In this document: one piece after another, positions 27,164 through 32,000 of the stretch | How the letters are laid out: each line of letters begins with the position of its first letter | How positions within the stretch are numbered: the first letter of the stretch is position 1 | Assembly: GCF_000017845.1 (NCBI RefSeq) | Contig: NC_010546.1 | Coordinates: 120,001-152,000, forward strand | Origin: Crocosphaera subtropica ATCC 51142 | Lineage (GTDB): Bacteria; Cyanobacteriota; Cyanobacteriia; Cyanobacteriales; Microcystaceae | Reading direction: 5' to 3' | Length of the DNA stretch: 32,000 nt | Notes under the pieces: generated by a model | What the model was told of the DNA's origin: nothing | Databases searched by the model: none | What the model saw: the letters and a program-made list of their open reading frames with translations, nothing else | Position numbers and translations under genes: made by a program

Positions 27164-27689
27164 ACTCAATACTCCATTTCTTGTTTCATTGTTGTAGAAT
27201 CAAAAGAGAAACTTCTAGGATAATTCTTATCCCTTTCGGTGAGATACACTAATCCCTATCATCGGATTAATTCAATAACAATGGAGTAGGATATCTTGGT
27301 TTATTCATAAATTCCTTGACCTCTTTTTAATTATCTTAATGAGGGTTAATTTATTCCTTAATTTTCCCTAGATTAAGATATTGGAATGATAAAAGGGCGA
27401 GAGTTTGACACTAGCTTAAATATTCTTATTTCTCTCCCTATCTCTTGATCATCTTTCCATGATCCCAGTCCCCAATCTTTACCCTAAAGGATTCATTAGT
27501 TGGTTAGGGGAAGAATTGGTGAGAAAAACCTGTTTTTGGTGGCGTTTCTTTCAATCCTTTGCTCCGAGATAAACTCTGTATACCTTTAGCCTAGCACTTT
27601 GTATTGTTCTAAACATAGGTCTTTCTTTTCTTTTTATTTTCCTTTGCATCTCTTCATATTTCTTAAAAATTGATGTCAAAACTTCGTTA

Positions 27690-28367
27690 ATGGTCATGTC
27701 AACTTTATCTTTATTGGAACCCAGACGGTGTATACTGCAAAATTTAGGGATAATTCCTTATGAAGTGGCTTGGGAAAGGCAGCGATCGCTGGTTAACCAA
27801 CGATTACAAGATCCTAGCTTAGATGACACCTTATTATTATTAGAACACCCTCCCGTTTATACCTTGGGAACAGGGGCTAACACAAAGTTTATCAAATTTG
27901 ACCCCCAACAAAGTCCGATTCTAGTTCATCGTGTAGAAAGAGGAGGGGAAGTGACTTATCATTGTCCTGGGCAATTAGTGGGTTATCCTATTCTTAATTT
28001 ACGTTACTATCAACAGGACTTACACTGGTATTTAAGACAACTTGAAGAAGTGATTATTCAAATTTTAAACGATTATCACCTCCCAGGAAAAAGAATACCC
28101 GGATTAACTGGAGTTTGGGTTAATAATTACAAAGTAGCAGCCATTGGTATTAAAGTTAAACGTTGGATGACCATGCACGGATTTTCTATCAATGTTTGTC
28201 CTGATTTAGAAGGATTTAAACAGATTATTCCTTGTGGTATCGACACTAAACCGGTGGGAAGTTTGCAGCAATTTTTACCTGAGATTACCGTAGAAGAAAT
28301 ACAACAAAAAGTGGCTCAAAAATTTTCCCAAGTGTTTCAAGTGCAATACATTTCTATGATAGATTAG
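27690..28367 (+). CDS. lipB: Octanoyltransferase (lipoyl(octanoyl) transferase)
   Basis: [25 protein letters not shown] and IIPCGI are the LipB signature blocks. Confidence 0.95.
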   Translation: MVMSTLSLLEPRRCILQNLGIIPYEVAWERQRSLVNQRLQDPSLDDTLLLLEHPPVYTLGTGANTKFIKFDPQQSPILVHRVERGGEVTYHCPGQLVGYPILNLRYYQQDLHWYLRQLEEVIIQILNDYHLPGKRIPGLTGVWVNNYKVAAIGIKVKRWMTMHGFSINVCPDLEGFKQIIPCGIDTKPVGSLQQFLPEITVEEIQQKVAQKFSQVFQVQYISMID

Positions 28368-28410
28368 TATAAGGATTGATCAAAATCATTTATTAAGCAT
28401 CAGTTCATTT

Positions 28411-28905
28411 ATGAGACCCACTCCCATCCCTCCACAACCCGGTCAAGAATCTGTTTGGGATTATCCTCGCCCTGCGATTTTACAAGACACCGATAAACAT
28501 CTCAAAGTCATTTGTAACGGTATTGTGTTAGCAGAAACCACTAAGGGAAAAAGAGTCTTAGAAACCAGTCATCCTCCTACTTATTATTTTCCTGCTGAAG
28601 ATGTTAAATTAGAGCATTTGATTGAGACTTCTAAAACACTGATGTGTGAATGGAAAGGAAGATACATCTATTATGATATTAACATCGGAGATAAGTATAT
28701 TAAATATGGGGCTTGGCGATATGTTCAACCCACACCCAATTTTGTCTCCCTCAAAACTTACTACGCTTTTATCCCGGCTTTAATGGATGCTTGTTATGTT
28801 AATGATGAGTTAGCCACACCCCAAACAGGAGATTTTTATGGGGGATGGATTACTAAAGATATTGTTGGGCCATTTAAAGGCGGTCCAGGAACTTGGGGAT
28901 GGTAA
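28411..28905 (+). CDS. DUF427 domain protein
   Basis: ETSHPPTYYFP and CEWKGRYIYYD blocks typical of DUF427. Starts 43 nt after lipB. Confidence 0.8.
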   Translation: MRPTPIPPQPGQESVWDYPRPAILQDTDKHLKVICNGIVLAETTKGKRVLETSHPPTYYFPAEDVKLEHLIETSKTLMCEWKGRYIYYDINIGDKYIKYGAWRYVQPTPNFVSLKTYYAFIPALMDACYVNDELATPQTGDFYGGWITKDIVGPFKGGPGTWGW

Positions 28906-28956
28906 ACAAAGTATAGTATTCAAAGAGATTTCATATGAGTACCCACAAACATCATT

Positions 28957-30057
<1,101 letters not shown>

Positions 30058-30079
30058 TTAGTTATTAGTTATGTCCTCA

Positions 30080-30880
30080 TCAATTATCAATTATTTTGAC
30101 CTCATCTCCAACTTTTACATGAGTTTCTTGTTGTAAATTGGTAACTTTTGTATTCACACTTACCCGATAAAAATGATTAAATTGACTCCTATTGACCCAA
30201 GGGGGTAAAGTTTCTTTTCTTTTTGTTATAAATTGTTGTTGAAAGTTCTCAGTTTTTTCTCCTGTATAAGAGTTCTTTGTGGGAACAATACATCTTTGAC
30301 AAGGGTTGATTCCTTGAAAATTGACATCTCCAATGCGAAAATTAATCCATTGATTTTTATTAGCAAAGAGTTGATCTTCCCAGAAAGCAGAAACACCATT
30401 AATTTCTAAATTGGCTCTAAATCTTCTCCTTATTTCTTCTACCGTTAGATGAGGAAACCACTGAGCAATCGTTGATAAAGTTGCTTGACTAATAATTGTC
30501 GGTCCAGAAGCATCAGTATCATCAGGAAAGCCAGTTTTTCTATTTTCTTTTAAATAAACGAAACACCCAAAATAATCATTTAAAAAAGATTCTATTTGTT
30601 TTTTTTGTTCTGTTAAGTCAAAGGTTTGACTGACATTATTATCTCCATATTTTAAGGTAACTTGACTTAAGCTATCATCATAAGTTGCTCTGAGTTGATA
30701 AATCTTGTTATTTCTTTTACCATTAATCAAGCTCTGATTTTTGTCAAAAATTGCCCATTGTCTGTCCTGTTTTAATGCACCACTTTTAAGAAGCGTTCCT
30801 AAAGAAATTGATACCCCATCTAAAGATTTAATGGGATAAACAATAATTTTACTAAGACAAGGCTTTTGATTGATATTCAT
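30080..30880 (-). CDS. MOSC domain protein (MOSC_N beta-barrel + MOSC)
   Basis: IIVYPIKSLDGVS N-terminal barrel start and the C-terminal conserved Cys region GINPCQRCIVPT. Ends 25 nt upstream of tgt. Confidence 0.85.
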   Translation of the reverse strand: MNINQKPCLSKIIVYPIKSLDGVSISLGTLLKSGALKQDRQWAIFDKNQSLINGKRNNKIYQLRATYDDSLSQVTLKYGDNNVSQTFDLTEQKKQIESFLNDYFGCFVYLKENRKTGFPDDTDASGPTIISQATLSTIAQWFPHLTVEEIRRRFRANLEINGVSAFWEDQLFANKNQWINFRIGDVNFQGINPCQRCIVPTKNSYTGEKTENFQQQFITKRKETLPPWVNRSQFNHFYRVSVNTKVTNLQQETHVKVGDEVKIIDN

Positions 30881-30987
30881 CTCTCTATTAATTAATATGA
30901 AAAGTGTATAACTTTAGTTTATCAATACAAAAATTTCTCCCTCTGCTCCCCCTGCTTATTTTAACGGATTAACTCAGTAGTATTCTC

Positions 30988-31080
30988 TTAACCCTGAGTT
31001 TGCCACCCCACTAAACAAATCGCTGTCATTAGACTTAAGATAGGTAAAATTATCCAGGGCTTTATTTTGTATCTTTTCAT
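30988..31080 (-). CDS. Candidate 30-aa single-pass membrane peptide (not in ORF track)
   Basis: My own hand translation of the minus strand gives MKRYKIKPWIILPILSLMTAICLVGWQTQG*. It has a basic N-terminus followed by about 19 hydrophobic residues, and lies 107 nt upstream of MOSC on the same strand. No clear SD. Confidence 0.3.
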   Translation of the reverse strand: MKRYKIKPWIILPILSLMTAICLVGWQTQG

Positions 31081-31191
31081 GACAATTATTTCTAACGGTT
31101 TATGAATTTCCTGTAACCTTATGATAACAGTAAGCCCATACTGGGGAATAATAAGAATGTTAACAGCAGTAAGAAAGATATTGTAAAAACA

Positions 31192-31965
31192 ATGAATTTA
31201 ATTAGAATCTGGATCATTGCTAGTAATGGGTTTCGAGAAGTTATCCGCGATCGCATTCTTTATGTTATTGGATTTTTTGCCGTTGTTTTAGCCCTATCTT
31301 TGCGCTTACTTCCTGAAATTTCTGTAGGAGCAGATGGTAAAATTTTTCTGGATGTTGGCTTAGGACTCACTTCCTTTTTAGGAGCGATCGTTGCTATTTT
31401 TGTTGGAACAGCTTTAATTAATAAAGAAATTGAAAAACGAACCGTTTTGATTTTAATCCCTAAACCCATTAGTCGCGCTGAATTAATAGTTGGTAAACAT
31501 CTAGGTTTATGTGGTGTTCTTGCGGTTGTTATTACTATTATGACCGTGCTTTATTTAGGGGCATTAACTTGGGCTAATATTACGTTTTCTCCTGTTAGTC
31601 TAATCGTTTCCCAATTTTATCTCTTATTAGAATTAGCCGTATTAACGGCTGTTGCCATTACCTTTGGCGTGTTTACCAGTTCAATTTTAGCTACCCTACT
31701 TAGTTTTGGGATTTATATCATTGGACATCTCAGTAATGACTTACTAGAACTAGCAAAATTAAGTAAAAATCCCAGTATCACCGCTTTGACAGAAAGTATC
31801 TATTTGGTAGTCCCCAACCTAGAAAGATTTAACCTTAAAAATACAGCCGTTTATGGGATTCTTCCGAGTAGTTCAGAATTATTAATTAATCTCGTTTATG
31901 GCATCGTTTATATTGTCTTATTGTTGACAGTTTCTAGCTTTATTTTTTCCCGCCGACAATTCTAA
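31192..31965 (+). CDS. ABC-2 type transporter permease (NosY-like)
   Basis: 257 aa with about 6 hydrophobic segments in ABC-2 permease-like organisation. No cognate ATPase gene lies upstream in the window. Confidence 0.75.
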   Translation: MNLIRIWIIASNGFREVIRDRILYVIGFFAVVLALSLRLLPEISVGADGKIFLDVGLGLTSFLGAIVAIFVGTALINKEIEKRTVLILIPKPISRAELIVGKHLGLCGVLAVVITIMTVLYLGALTWANITFSPVSLIVSQFYLLLELAVLTAVAITFGVFTSSILATLLSFGIYIIGHLSNDLLELAKLSKNPSITALTESIYLVVPNLERFNLKNTAVYGILPSSSELLINLVYGIVYIVLLLTVSSFIFSRRQF

Positions 31966-32000
31966 GAAATCAGTGAAGAGACATCCCTTAATTATATTAA

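Noticed and set aside
27459-27572. 37-codon plus-strand ORF (MIPVPNLYPKGFISWLGEELVRKTCFWWRFFQSFAPR) upstream of lipB
   Set aside because: No RBS, odd Trp/Phe-rich composition, and 117 nt from lipB. It is most likely a chance ORF inside the hpf/lipB divergent spacer.

Overview
Chromosomal segment of a low-GC cyanobacterium. The lineage call rests on at least 16 copies of the HIP1 octamer GCGATCGC and on the gene content. A unicellular Cyanothece/Crocosphaera-like source is only a guess. I support about 30 protein genes and saw no rRNA, tRNA or CRISPR array. Most of the window is conserved housekeeping: a DUF3326-like / CPBP protease / DUF3531-like trio, an AMIN-domain cell-wall amidase, 1-Cys peroxiredoxin, rpmB, a PlsC-like acyltransferase, M1 aminopeptidase with HEAT repeats, a P-type Ca-ATPase-like pump, a Zn-ribbon/PP2C phosphatase, NDH-2 (NdbB-like), long HPF/LrtA, lipB, DUF427, tgt, MOSC and an ABC-2 permease. 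Very AT-rich accessory-looking pieces are interleaved with these: a stand-alone sulfotransferase; a minus-strand four-gene islet (Uma2, TPMT-like methyltransferase, alpha/beta hydrolase, core-less mini-Uma2); and, at the window centre, an 812-nt ORF-free tract followed by three short genes with long leaders (KaiB-like, RRM protein, Nif11-domain protein). The best-supported unusual feature is a 121-bp MITE-like hairpin element. It is flanked by TA, carries an (ACTCCTG) heptamer array, and interrupts a small tail-anchored coiled-coil ORF in frame. Other leads are an unlisted 30-codon membrane ORF upstream of MOSC-tgt, a possible pseudokinase module in the PP2C protein, two extra hydrophobic segments in the ATPase, and mutually exclusive hairpins in the KaiB-like leader. 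I found no recognisable defence, RiPP-tailoring or secretion operon. All family names come from motifs read in the translations and from memory. No search was run.
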